A stretch of DNA of 64,000 nucleotides from Minisyncoccota bacterium (GTDB taxonomy: Bacteria; Patescibacteriota; Minisyncoccia; UBA6257; 2-01-FULL-56-20). The notes under the pieces were generated by a model that worked only from the letters and a program-made list of their open reading frames with translations, was not told the origin of the DNA and made no database searches. The position numbers and the translations under genes were made by a program. Position 1 is the first letter of the stretch, and every line of letters starts with the position of its first letter. Of this stretch, positions 38,768-49,513 are shown piece after piece. The stretch covers positions 6,498 through 70,497 of the forward strand of contig DATKNL010000012.1 in NCBI GenBank assembly GCA_035541435.1. The letters are read 5' to 3'.

Positions 38768-38930
38768 GCTCGCCCGTCAAAATACGTTACGGCGCCGCCA
38801 ATTTTTGAACGAAAAAGGCCGTTTTTCGGCCGTTTTTTTAAACTCCCCTCTATTGATATGCACAGCATATGCAATTCAAGCATTCCCCACCGCCCCAAAA
38901 GCCGAAATGCTAGCATTGATGCATCCCCGC

Positions 38931-39668
38931 ATGAGCAGAAAGCTGATCAAATTCTTTCTCATCCTCCTCGCGATCCAGACGCTGATCGCCCTCGTTCTTT
39001 TCCTCTTCTTAACCCCGTACGGCACAGCCGCGCACGGCATCATCGGCATGGGCCTCGGCCTCATCCTGTTCTGGAACGTCATCGGCGGCTACATCCAGTG
39101 GAAGATCCGCGACCGCGTGAAGGCCGCGTGGCAGGCGGTGCGCCTCGACTGGCGGCTCAAGTTCGGCATCCTCGCCACCATCATGGCACTCCTCGAGGAA
39201 ATGGTGACCGTCACGATGACGAACCTCTCCTTCCTCTTCGGCACGACGCCCGCCGTCGCGCATATCACCGTCTCGACGAACTATCTCGACGTCGTCCTCA
39301 CGAACAGCGTGGTCCTCTTCGTGCCGATGTTCTTCATCTGGGCGCTCATCCTCTCGCGCTATGACTTCAGCCCGAACGCCGTCCTGCTCCTCTGGGGCAC
39401 GACGGGAACCCTCATGGAGGCGGGCTATGGCGGCGCGAACCAGGTCATCGGCATCGGAATGTGGATGTTCGTCTATGGCCTCATGATCTACCTTCCCGCC
39501 TATTCGATGCCGTCCGCCGCCGAACGCGGCGCGCTCAGGCAGCCGCGCTGGTGGCATTACGTGCTGTCCGTCTTCGTTCCGCCCATCGTCGGCATCGTGC
39601 CGGGCGGCCTCCTCGGAACGTTTTTCAAATTCATCAGGCCGCCGCATTACCTGCCGGGGGTGAAATAA
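38931..39668 (+). CDS. Hypothetical polytopic membrane protein
   Basis: About 7 hydrophobic helices with host-like GC3 codon use; exact start uncertain (38919 or 38931). Confidence 0.75.
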   Translation: MSRKLIKFFLILLAIQTLIALVLFLFLTPYGTAAHGIIGMGLGLILFWNVIGGYIQWKIRDRVKAAWQAVRLDWRLKFGILATIMALLEEMVTVTMTNLSFLFGTTPAVAHITVSTNYLDVVLTNSVVLFVPMFFIWALILSRYDFSPNAVLLLWGTTGTLMEAGYGGANQVIGIGMWMFVYGLMIYLPAYSMPSAAERGALRQPRWWHYVLSVFVPPIVGIVPGGLLGTFFKFIRPPHYLPGVK

Positions 39669-39815
39669 CGTGGAGGCTTGAACTTCTCGAGTTCGAAGTC
39701 CGCGCTCAACGATTCAAAAAACAATCGTGCTTTTATATTGCGAGGTCCGAGTTTGGATGTGTATAAACTCCTTTTTTTCGACAACGAGTCCGCCATCCTG
39801 TTCCGATATTATCGG

Positions 39816-42569
39816 TTAATTTATATAAGCCTCGTAGAGCACAAACAAAAACTCCAATCGTTCCGCCTCGGAAGCAAACCCCCGCGGCGCGCCATATGCG
39901 GCATCGACCGCTTTGTCGAGACGTTCATGGGCTTCGAGAAGCTGGGACGGCATGACATTGGGATCATAAAGATCAGCCAGCGTTCCCCTGCATTCCTTCC
40001 GCACGTCAAGAAGATTATTTGACGCATCTTCTATGGCATGACGATGTTCCGTGCTAATGCTTTGAGGCCACGGGTAATTATTATAGACCAGTTCATTTGA
40101 ATAACGATATCGAGATTCTAGCCGACCACACACCGCCCTCATCCATGTCATATGCATGAGAGATTGCAAAACTCCGAAGTGATACGGCGTAACATTTGGA
40201 ACGACAATACACGTATCCCCCACGATATATTCTGGCCCAAATAACGAAAGTGGAACGTATTTCCTTCGCTCCGAGCTCACCCTCGGAATGAGAACATATT
40301 CCGTGTCCGGCTGACGGTCTTCTCCGAAAAGGTATGGTTTTCTCGCAAGCCGGCGGGTCGCCTCGCGCTTAGACTGGTCACGATACGTCCGCACCGATTC
40401 GACGCGTTGCATGACGTGCGGCATGGCACGCAACTCCTGCGGGGTGGCGTTTTTTAACCAAAGACAATACCGCGTAGATCCGTTAAGGTATTCCTTGGCG
40501 GACAGCAGTGGTCGAATGAACCTTTCAGCGGCTGGCTCTTCGATTAAAAGACTTTCCTTCTCGGCGTTGTCGTCAAAGAGCAAAAATCCACCATCGTTCG
40601 GCATGCTACCGAATCGCGCTTCGGGGACTTCAGCGATCGGCTTCCTGCGCGGCAATACGACGAGATTGTCGGCATCGACTAAATATGGGTTAATATTCTG
40701 TGCCTGAACAAGATGAGGACTGCCACCGGGATCATCGTAGTCCCATAGTTTCGGCTTCTCCGACCGTTCAAGAGAGAAGCCGATAATGACACAGTGAACA
40801 CCGGCCCGTCCCGGAGCTTCATTCGACCAGCGAAAGGTGCGATGTGCGAAGTTGATGTTGATGCCCTTCCCCAACAACAGCGGCCACAAAATGGCAGCTT
40901 GCTCCCCTTGCGTAATGGAGTTTGTGGAGACAAAAGCAGAACTGATCTTTGTTCCTTGAATGAAGTCGGCCGCTTTGGCATACCACGCCGTTACATAATC
41001 CAGTTCCCCCGCACCGCGGAGATCGCCGAAGATGTTTTGCATTTCGGTTTTCTGCTCGGGGCTTTGATCTTGCTTCGCGATGAACGGAGGGTTCCCAAGG
41101 ATATAGGTGAACGAAGCGCCTTCCGGTGCGAGACGGCTCCAGTCCGTATTCAAGGCATCGCCATGAAAAATGAACGGCTGTTCCTTCAGCGGGAGTTTAG
41201 CAAAATATTCCCCGAACAGATTTCCGAGAATGACGTTCATCTGATGATCGATGAGCCAGAGCGATAGACGAGCGATCTCCGCAGGAAAGGCGAGAATCTC
41301 TATTCCGGAAAGATGTTCAAGTGTCAATTTGGAGATGCTCGAAACATCGATCTTCAAGTTAAGGGGCGTCTGTCCCGATTTGAGTTCTTCTCTATAGAGC
41401 CTTTTAATGATCTCCAATTCAATGAGGCGCAATTCGCGGTACGCAACGACGAGAAAGTTTCCGCATCCGCAGGCAGGATCGAGAAGACGCATTGAGACGA
41501 TCCTGTTCCACAACGCGTTGAGCTTCGATTGATTCTCCCCCGCTTTCTCCAACTCATCTCTTACGTCATCCAAAAACAGTCCATCGATAACTTTCAAAAT
41601 GTTTTTCTCCGACGTATAGTGCGCTCCAAAATCGTGTCTGATATCCTCGTCCTCCACGTCCATGACGAATTGAAACATTGAACCGAAAATCGCGGGCGAG
41701 ACCGAACCCCAGTCGAAACGCGCGGCATTGAGGATTTCCTGCCGCATTTCCTTATTGAAGAACGGAAGCGAGAGCGGGTCTTTGAAGAGCGTCCCATTCA
41801 CATAGGGAAAATCCTTCAGGTCGTCAGACAACGCCTGTTGCCGACGATCCTCCGGCGTGTTCAATACCTGGAAAATAGCCTGCAGATGCCCTCCCAAATC
41901 CTCGCCGTTCTCCTTAGTAAGATAAGCGACGTAATCATGAAAGATGTCGCGTTTCGGGAAAATGCCCGCATCGTCGGCGAAGTAAAGAAAGACGAGGCGA
42001 ACCATGAGTCGCGCGAGCTGTTCTTTTGGATAGTTCCCTTGATAAAGAGCTCGGTAGAGCTGGACCACCACGCGCACCGCTTTTTTGTTGACGGGGTTTT
42101 CCTCCTCGTAATGACGCACTTCATATCCGGCGATGAAGCCGAAGAGGCGGATGTGCGCCGGAAGCTCGGTGAGGCGGAACGTGTGTTCTTCCGCTTTCCC
42201 GTTCTTCCCTTCGAGGTCGTATAATCGCAGATGCTCGAAGTCGGTAACAACAATAAAGCGAGGGCGATTTTCCTCGGCAAGGCTCAAAAAATAATCATTT
42301 GCCTGTAATGTGGCGCTATCGAGACTCTCCCCGCGGGATTTGTGTTCCACCAGAAGCACGCCCGGCCAAAAGAGGTCTATGAAGCCAGTGTTGCCGTTGA
42401 TCTTTTGAATCGCCCGTTGGAATCCTGCGACGGAACGCCGCCTGACTCCGAAGATATCAAAAAAGTCGGTCCAAAAATCTGCATAATCTTGGATCTCGCC
42501 GGTAGATTCCTTGTACTCCTTCGCAAAAGCAGTTGCCCGAGATCGAATCTCGTTCCAACTCAAGGTCAT
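39816..42569 (-). CDS. MmeI-like type IIL restriction-modification enzyme (nuclease + N6A methyltransferase + TRD)
   Basis: MTLSWNEIR start, IDLFWPG.LLVEHK nuclease motif, GAHYTS, LDPACGCGNFL, GNPPF and YNNYPWP; 917 aa; lower GC. Confidence 0.93.
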   Translation of the reverse strand: MTLSWNEIRSRATAFAKEYKESTGEIQDYADFWTDFFDIFGVRRRSVAGFQRAIQKINGNTGFIDLFWPGVLLVEHKSRGESLDSATLQANDYFLSLAEENRPRFIVVTDFEHLRLYDLEGKNGKAEEHTFRLTELPAHIRLFGFIAGYEVRHYEEENPVNKKAVRVVVQLYRALYQGNYPKEQLARLMVRLVFLYFADDAGIFPKRDIFHDYVAYLTKENGEDLGGHLQAIFQVLNTPEDRRQQALSDDLKDFPYVNGTLFKDPLSLPFFNKEMRQEILNAARFDWGSVSPAIFGSMFQFVMDVEDEDIRHDFGAHYTSEKNILKVIDGLFLDDVRDELEKAGENQSKLNALWNRIVSMRLLDPACGCGNFLVVAYRELRLIELEIIKRLYREELKSGQTPLNLKIDVSSISKLTLEHLSGIEILAFPAEIARLSLWLIDHQMNVILGNLFGEYFAKLPLKEQPFIFHGDALNTDWSRLAPEGASFTYILGNPPFIAKQDQSPEQKTEMQNIFGDLRGAGELDYVTAWYAKAADFIQGTKISSAFVSTNSITQGEQAAILWPLLLGKGININFAHRTFRWSNEAPGRAGVHCVIIGFSLERSEKPKLWDYDDPGGSPHLVQAQNINPYLVDADNLVVLPRRKPIAEVPEARFGSMPNDGGFLLFDDNAEKESLLIEEPAAERFIRPLLSAKEYLNGSTRYCLWLKNATPQELRAMPHVMQRVESVRTYRDQSKREATRRLARKPYLFGEDRQPDTEYVLIPRVSSERRKYVPLSLFGPEYIVGDTCIVVPNVTPYHFGVLQSLMHMTWMRAVCGRLESRYRYSNELVYNNYPWPQSISTEHRHAIEDASNNLLDVRKECRGTLADLYDPNVMPSQLLEAHERLDKAVDAAYGAPRGFASEAERLEFLFVLYEAYIN

Positions 42570-42613
42570 ATCGTCAATGCTACCTCCGGACTGTGGAAAT
42601 TGCCATCTACGTG

Positions 42614-42686
42614 TGGGCGTTGCAGGGATCGGACCTGCGACCTCTCCGATGTGAACGGAGCGCTCTAACCACTGAGCTAAACGCCC
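42614..42686 (-). tRNA. tRNA-Val (CAC)
   Basis: Acceptor GGGCGTT/AACGCCC, anticodon arm CTCCG-TTCACAT-CGGAG; T-loop TCCGATC. Confidence 0.93.
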
Positions 42687-42853
42687 TTCCGAACGATTGT
42701 AGCGAAAAAAGCCGCGAAGCGCAAAAAAATCCCGGCATAGGATGGTTTGAGGGGAACCTCGGAGGCACGCAGGTGCCGAGAGCTTAGGTGCGCGGCCAGC
42801 GGGCCGTGACACCGTCCCCGAAAACCATCCTTGCACGGGATTTTTGCTTTGCG

Positions 42854-43225
42854 CTACTGAATCTCCACCTGCGCGCCAGCCTCTTCGAGCTTCTTCTTGA
42901 TCTCGTCGGCTTCCTCCTTCTTCACGTTCTCCTTCACGGTCTTCGGAGCGCCGTCCACGAGGTCCTTCGCTTCCTTGAGGCCCAGGGTCGTCACTTCGCG
43001 GACAACCTTGATGACGTTCAGCTTGCTCGCACCGGCCGACTTGAGGACCACGTTGAAGCTGGTCTTCTCTTCGGCGGCTGCGGCGGCTCCCCCACCGACC
43101 GCGACGGGCGCGGCGGCCGAGATGCCGAATTTCTCTTCAAGCTTGTGCACGAGGTCGGCGAGCTCGACGACGGTGAGCGTCTCGACTTCGGCGATGATGT
43201 TTTCCAACTTGGATGCGTTTGCCAT
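42854..43225 (-). CDS. rplL: 50S ribosomal protein L7/L12
   Basis: [22 protein letters not shown] and [14 protein letters not shown]. Confidence 0.98.
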   Translation of the reverse strand: MANASKLENIIAEVETLTVVELADLVHKLEEKFGISAAAPVAVGGGAAAAAEEKTSFNVVLKSAGASKLNVIKVVREVTTLGLKEAKDLVDGAPKTVKENVKKEEADEIKKKLEEAGAQVEIQ

Positions 43226-43258
43226 TGTAGTGGTATATCGTTTGCGACCTTTCGATAA

Positions 43259-43780
43259 TTATTTCGCTGCCTTCGACTTCTGATCGAGCAGATACATGAA
43301 TGACTTGAGCGGGGCGGACAGCATGCCGAGCAGCTGTGCGAGGAGCACTTCGCGCGGCGGGAGCTGACCGATCGCAAGCACCTGTGCGGCGTCCATCGGG
43401 ACGTTGCCCACGACGTCATAGCCGCCAAGGAGCTTCTTCACCCACATCTGCTTGTCGCCGCCCTCGGGAACCTCGAGCGACTTGAAGAAGCGGTAGGCCG
43501 GCCCGGCGACCGTATCGCTCGTCCCCTCGCTGAAGATGGTTCCGACCGAGACCTTGAACTGCTTGAGGTCCGTATCGATCCCGCGCTCCTTGAGCAGCAG
43601 GCCGAGCAGGCGCTTCTTGATCACAAGGAACTTCGCGCCGCTCTTTTTCAGCTCGATGCGCAGCTTGCGGACGTCCTCGGCGGTGATCTTCGTGAAATCG
43701 GCGAAAATGAGCGCCTGGCTATTGTCAAGCAACGTTTTAGCTTTTTTTAATTCTTCTGCCTTCTGGGCTTTGGTCTTCAT
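43259..43780 (-). CDS. rplJ: 50S ribosomal protein L10
   Basis: Upstream of rplL; LRIELK...VIKKRL and LPPREVLLAQL. Confidence 0.93.
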   Translation of the reverse strand: MKTKAQKAEELKKAKTLLDNSQALIFADFTKITAEDVRKLRIELKKSGAKFLVIKKRLLGLLLKERGIDTDLKQFKVSVGTIFSEGTSDTVAGPAYRFFKSLEVPEGGDKQMWVKKLLGGYDVVGNVPMDAAQVLAIGQLPPREVLLAQLLGMLSAPLKSFMYLLDQKSKAAK

Positions 43781-43789
43781 TAGGTTAAA

Positions 43790-43925
43790 TAAAAAACGGC
43801 CTTTGCTTCAAAGCCGCTCCGCGAAGTCCAGCCTCGTTCCCCAAGGGAAAACCGCTGGTCACTCCTCTCGGCCGGGATTTATGGGCCTTTGGCGGCCCGA
43901 CCCATGCGTCATTGAAGATGACATC
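43790..43925 (-). promoter_or_regulatory. L10 leader-like autoregulatory RNA with terminator
   Basis: Structured 5' leader of rplJ with a TAAATCCCGGCCGAG element, ending in CGGCTTTG-AAG-CAAAGGCCG-TTTTTT. Confidence 0.6.
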
Positions 43926-43949
43926 AGTATAGCGATGCGCCGAAAAATG

Positions 43950-44858
43950 TCAACCGAGGGCGAACCGCACGTAGATGCCCGACGGGACCACCCGGTCGCC
44001 GGACGATTCCCCGATGCCGAGCTCGCCGAATTCGCCGTGCGGCCTGAACGTCCCGCAGTCCCATCCTTCGACGGCCTGCATGAGCGATCGGGGCGAATAG
44101 CCGGCCGCGTAGCCGTTCACGAGCAAGAACGAGCCGCGCTCCTGTCTGGAAATCTTCTGCAGCGCATCGATCAGGGCCGGAAGATGCTCCTCGATCCTCC
44201 AGACCTCCCCTTTCGCGCCGCGCCCGAAGGCCGGCGGGTCGAGGATGATGCCGTCATAGCGCGCTCCGCGGCGCGCCTCGCGCAGCACGAACCGCAGCGC
44301 GTCGTCGAGGATGTAGCGGATGCCGCCTTCGGGAATGCCTGAGAGGGCCGCGTTGTCCTTCGCCCAGGCGTTGCTCTGCTTCGATGCGTCGACATGCGTC
44401 ACGAACGCGCCCGCGCGGGCTGCGGCGATGCTCGCGATCCCCGTGTAGCCGAACAGGTTGAGCACCTGCGGACGTTCGCCCGCCGGCGCCGCCTTCGCAA
44501 GCGCCCCGACGCGGTCGCCGATCCATTCCCAATTCGCCGCCTGCTCGGGGAAGACGCCCACATGCTTGAACGACGTGAGCCTGACGGTGAAGCGGACGTC
44601 GCGCCAGACGATCTGCCACGCCTCGGGAACGCCCTTCCCACGCCACGATCCCTTGCCGCCCTCGAACCGGAACTCGGCCGCGGCGCGCTTCCATGCGTCG
44701 GGTTTAAGCGGATGCCACAAGGCCTGCGTCTCTGGACGGATCACCGTGTGCTTACCGTACCGCTCAAGCCTGCGGTTCGCTCCGGAATCGATGAGCTCAT
44801 AGTCGTCCCACGGCGCGGCCGTGAGATCCTTTTCTTCAAGATGCATCGGCGCGCTCAT
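43950..44858 (-). CDS. Class I SAM-dependent methyltransferase (RlmI/RlmK-related)
   Basis: YELIDSG..RLERYG, HVGVFPEQAANW, VLNLFGYTG and IILDPPAFGRG. Confidence 0.88.
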   Translation of the reverse strand: MSAPMHLEEKDLTAAPWDDYELIDSGANRRLERYGKHTVIRPETQALWHPLKPDAWKRAAAEFRFEGGKGSWRGKGVPEAWQIVWRDVRFTVRLTSFKHVGVFPEQAANWEWIGDRVGALAKAAPAGERPQVLNLFGYTGIASIAAARAGAFVTHVDASKQSNAWAKDNAALSGIPEGGIRYILDDALRFVLREARRGARYDGIILDPPAFGRGAKGEVWRIEEHLPALIDALQKISRQERGSFLLVNGYAAGYSPRSLMQAVEGWDCGTFRPHGEFGELGIGESSGDRVVPSGIYVRFALG

Positions 44859-45667
44859 TGGATTGCGGACGGGTGCTTCAGGCTCCACGCATAGAGGACG
44901 ACGGCAGCCGATACCGACGCGTTGAGGGACTCGGTCCGTTCGTGCATCGGGATGCGCAGCCCGACGTCGCAGCGCTCGAATGTCTTCTCGCGGATGCCCG
45001 CCCCTTCGTTGCCAACGATGAAGAGCGCCGGCGCGTCGAACGGCTCGTCGGCCACGCTCCGCTCGCCGTCCATCGCGAGCCCATAGGTGCGGAACGCCTC
45101 CTTCTTCAGAAGATCGACGGTGTAGTTGACGTTGCCGATCTGGACGAGCGGCACGCGGAAGGCCATGCCCGCCGACGCCTTCACGACCGCGCCGGTGATC
45201 GGCGCCTGGTTGTGCGAGGGCATGAGCACGCCCGCCGCGCCGAAGGCGGCGGCCGAGCGGATGATCGCGCCCACGTTGTGCGGATCGGTGAGCTCGTCGA
45301 GCAGCACGAGCATCGTGTTCTCGCTCACGGCCTTCGCCTGCAGTCCCTCGAAGAAGGTCCTGAAGTCGGTGACGAGCGCGCCGGGGTCGACGACCGCGAT
45401 CACGCCCTGATGCGCCGTCTCGTCGCCCACCATGCGGTCCGCCTCGCGTCCCTTCATCATCTCGACCGTCACGCCGCGCTTCTCCACGAGTGCGAGCAGC
45501 TGCTCGTCGTCGACCGCGGGCGACAGGAAGACCTTGCGCACGGCGTGCGGCGCGTGCGACAAGGCTTCGGCGAGCGCGTGCCTGCCATAGACATAGACCT
45601 TGTCGCGGCCGGCCCGATCAGGCCGCCGATGGCCGCCCCGGCCTCGGCCGTTCCGTTCGTTTCTCAT
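44855..45667 (-). CDS. rlmB: 23S rRNA (guanosine2251-2'-O)-methyltransferase, TrmH/SpoU family
   Basis: HQGV, DPHNVGAIIRSA, GNEGAG and IPM....ESLNASVS. Confidence 0.92.
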   Translation of the reverse strand: MRNERNGRGRGGHRRPDRAGRDKVYVYGRHALAEALSHAPHAVRKVFLSPAVDDEQLLALVEKRGVTVEMMKGREADRMVGDETAHQGVIAVVDPGALVTDFRTFFEGLQAKAVSENTMLVLLDELTDPHNVGAIIRSAAAFGAAGVLMPSHNQAPITGAVVKASAGMAFRVPLVQIGNVNYTVDLLKKEAFRTYGLAMDGERSVADEPFDAPALFIVGNEGAGIREKTFERCDVGLRIPMHERTESLNASVSAAVVLYAWSLKHPSAIQ

Positions 45668-45735
45668 GGATTCACTCTACGTGATATCGTTCTTTGTTTG
45701 CAACCTTCCGCCGTGAAGCGCGCGGGCCGCGGCGC

Positions 45736-47277
45736 CTAATACTTCCCTCCCGCGGCGCGGTACTGGTCTTTCGCCCACTCATAATATTGCTGCAGTTCGG
45801 CAAGCGATCCCTCGCTCGGATTCGTCACCGCCTTCGTCACCGCCTTCCAGACCTCCCAGCTCTTGATGCCCGGACCGACGTCGAGCGACGACTTCGCGAG
45901 GTCGGCTTCGTCGAACAGCCCGAACTTCTGGCTCATGCCGAGCTGCCATTCGAAATTGTTGACGAGCGACCAGAGGAGCATCCCCTTCACCGGCACGCCG
46001 GCCTTCTTCGCTTCGAGGATGTAGCGCACGGTCTCGAGGATCCAGTACGGCCGGCGCAGGTCGGCGGCGTCCGAGAAGCCGAACTCGGTGACGAAGATCT
46101 GCTTCGTCGGATACTGCTCGTGCATGTCCTTCAGCATCTCATAGATGCCCGGCGGATAGACGTCGCCGAACGTCGGCTGGTCGCCGTAATCGCGCGCGCG
46201 GCGCTCATGCGGCAGGAGCGGCAGCGTCATGCGGAAGTAATACTGCAGGCCGAGGAAGTCCGAGTGGCTGCCGTCGCGCTCGAACCGCGACGTCACGTAC
46301 CGGTCGCCCTTGTGCGCGGCATAGATGCCGAGGAAGCGGTCGAAATAGTTCCAGTTGTAGCCGACGCCCACCTGCGGCTCGTCCTGCTGCCGCCGCAGGC
46401 CGTGCTTCACCTCGCCATAGGCGATGTCGTGCGCCTCGACCATATGTCCCAAAACTTTTTTCAGATCGAAATAGCGGCCGGCGGGGTTCGCTGCGGTCTT
46501 GTAAGGAAGGAATGCGCCCCACAGGTATCCGTTCTGCAGCGTCGTCATCGGCTCGTTGATCGACATGAAATAGTTAGCGAGGCCCTCCGATAAAAAGCGG
46601 TCCTGCGAGCGGCGGTCGAGCTGCGCGTTCGCGAGGACGCCGCGGACCTTGTCATCGTTTGCCAGGAACCGCACGACGTTGTCGACATAGAAGCGGAAGT
46701 GCCGCGAGACATCGGGGTGCTCCCATCCTCCCGCGGTGATGTCGCCCTGCGCGTCGGTCTCGACGAGATACTTCGGCATGGTGAAGTGATGGAGCGTGAG
46801 GAACGGCGTGCCGCCGCGCGCCTTCACGAGCGCGAGCGCCTCGACGTACTTCGCCATCATCGCCTCGTCGAAGACGCCCTCGGCGGGACAGAGGCGCGCG
46901 AAGTCGAGCGAGAGGCGGTACATGTTCTCGCCCACTGCGCGCGACCGCGCGACGTATTCGCTCTTTTTGTCGAAGAAGCGGGGCAGGTCGCGCAGGTCCG
47001 CATCGGGGATGCCGGTGCGGCCGCCTTCCTGCTTGCGCACGATCTCATATTCCCAATCCGAAAAAACCTTCGGCTTGCCGTGTTCATCCTCGATGAGCGG
47101 CTCGGCCTGGAAGTCGGATGTCGAGCTGCCGATATAGTCGATCGTCCGGTCGCCGGACTTCGACCGGAGCGTGCGAAGGACCCAGTCCGCCGTGAATTCG
47201 TGCGGCTGCTCAGGCGCCTCGCGCCGGTTCCCCTCGGGACCTTCGGCGCCCGAAAACCGCTCGGGGGTAAACCTCAT
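45736..47277 (-). CDS. Family 1 glycoside hydrolase (beta-glycosidase)
   Basis: TLHHFTMP, acid/base INEP, nucleophile VTEFG, WSLVNNFEW. Confidence 0.88.
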   Translation of the reverse strand: MRFTPERFSGAEGPEGNRREAPEQPHEFTADWVLRTLRSKSGDRTIDYIGSSTSDFQAEPLIEDEHGKPKVFSDWEYEIVRKQEGGRTGIPDADLRDLPRFFDKKSEYVARSRAVGENMYRLSLDFARLCPAEGVFDEAMMAKYVEALALVKARGGTPFLTLHHFTMPKYLVETDAQGDITAGGWEHPDVSRHFRFYVDNVVRFLANDDKVRGVLANAQLDRRSQDRFLSEGLANYFMSINEPMTTLQNGYLWGAFLPYKTAANPAGRYFDLKKVLGHMVEAHDIAYGEVKHGLRRQQDEPQVGVGYNWNYFDRFLGIYAAHKGDRYVTSRFERDGSHSDFLGLQYYFRMTLPLLPHERRARDYGDQPTFGDVYPPGIYEMLKDMHEQYPTKQIFVTEFGFSDAADLRRPYWILETVRYILEAKKAGVPVKGMLLWSLVNNFEWQLGMSQKFGLFDEADLAKSSLDVGPGIKSWEVWKAVTKAVTNPSEGSLAELQQYYEWAKDQYRAAGGKY

Positions 47278-47315
47278 CCCTTCATTATATAGTGGGTTCC
47301 GGCCGGGGCGGCCGG

Positions 47316-48284
<969 letters not shown>

Positions 48285-48292
48285 GCCGTTCG

Positions 48293-48910
48293 TCAGGGGC
48301 GGCGGATCACCTTGAAGGCGATGTTCCGTCCCTGGTTCTGCATGAGGGCGAGGTTGATCCATGCCATCGCGAACTCCTCGAGGAGGGCGACCTTGTCGTC
48401 GCCGCCGAAGTCATAGACGTTCTCGAAGCCGATCTCCTTGGCGAGCGTCGTCGCGACCATCTTCCCCTTTTCGCTCGCGCCCGCGACGAACATGTCGATC
48501 CTCGTCTCGCCGAAGCGCGGGTTCATCATGTTCTCGGCCCCGGTCGAGTTGAAGCATTTCACGACGTCGGGCGACTTCGTGATGTCCTTGAGCGCCGCGA
48601 AGCCGTCGGGGTATCCCTCGGGCTTCTTCATGACGGCGTTCGTCGTGTCGATGATCACCTTGCCCGAGACGTCGCCCAGGCTGCGCGCCGCGTCGGGCAC
48701 GGCATCGGCCGGAACGGCGATGATCACGACGGTCGATTCGGCGACGGCCTCGGCGACCGGATGCGCCGTGATCACCGTCCCGTCCACCGTGTCGGTGTTC
48801 TTGAAATTGTTCGTGTCGCGCACGCCGAAGAAGATGCGGTGGCCGGCGCGCTTCAAGCCGTGCGCGAGCGCGCTCCCGACGTTGCCCGTCCCGATGATGG
48901 CGATGTTCAT
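48293..48910 (-). CDS. NADP oxidoreductase, F420-dependent-like (NAD(P)-binding)
   Basis: IIGTGNVG Rossmann motif, IIDTTN and VVKCFN. Confidence 0.85.
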   Translation of the reverse strand: MNIAIIGTGNVGSALAHGLKRAGHRIFFGVRDTNNFKNTDTVDGTVITAHPVAEAVAESTVVIIAVPADAVPDAARSLGDVSGKVIIDTTNAVMKKPEGYPDGFAALKDITKSPDVVKCFNSTGAENMMNPRFGETRIDMFVAGASEKGKMVATTLAKEIGFENVYDFGGDDKVALLEEFAMAWINLALMQNQGRNIAFKVIRRP

Positions 48911-48926
48911 GGTTGTTTTTTTGGGA

Positions 48927-49361
48927 TTATTCCGTCGAGGGCGGTGCGGCCGTGCAGCCCGCGAAGGTCGTCGTGCCGTGCTCGGTCATGGTCGCCGTGT
49001 CGCCCACGTTCCAGAAGACGACCGACTCGTCGGCGTTCGCATAGCGTGCGCCGTCGGCCGAGACGGCCTGCGGCAGCGTCATCGTCCGGCCGTCGCTCAG
49101 CTCGAGCTTCACGCTGCCGCCCGGAATCGGGGGCTTCGAGGGATCCGTGGACGGCGTGCTCGAGCCGTCATAGAAGGCGGCTGCGATCGTCTTTCCCCCG
49201 GCGCAGGTGAACACGGCCGTTGCGGCCGGCTGCATGCCCGTGCTCGAGGCGGCCTCTTCAACGGTCGGAGCTTTGGTTTCGGGCGGCTTCGGCAGCGCGA
49301 TGACGCCGACGACGATCACGGCGATGACCGCGAGGACGAGGATGACGTTCCTGGTTTTCAT
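48927..49361 (-). CDS. MliC-family lysozyme-inhibitor domain protein
   Basis: N-terminal TM, F.C, LPQAVSADGARYAN..ES.VFWN.G and a C-terminal Cys. Confidence 0.85.
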   Translation of the reverse strand: MKTRNVILVLAVIAVIVVGVIALPKPPETKAPTVEEAASSTGMQPAATAVFTCAGGKTIAAAFYDGSSTPSTDPSKPPIPGGSVKLELSDGRTMTLPQAVSADGARYANADESVVFWNVGDTATMTEHGTTTFAGCTAAPPSTE

Positions 49362-49513
49362 GGGTTCATTATACACCGGGCGGGCGGGCATGCTGCAAGG
49401 CTCTGCAAACCGAGGCGCTTGCCGAAAACCGTATTTAAAAATAAAGCCTCCGGCGCTGCGAAAAGATTCGCGCCGAAGGCTCAAGGAAGAAGGAAACAAA
49501 AGGTTCAAGGTTT

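Noticed and set aside
39816-42836. 1006-aa version of the MmeI ORF
   Set aside because: The extension reads through tRNA-Val; the family-typical start is MTLSWNEI at 42569.
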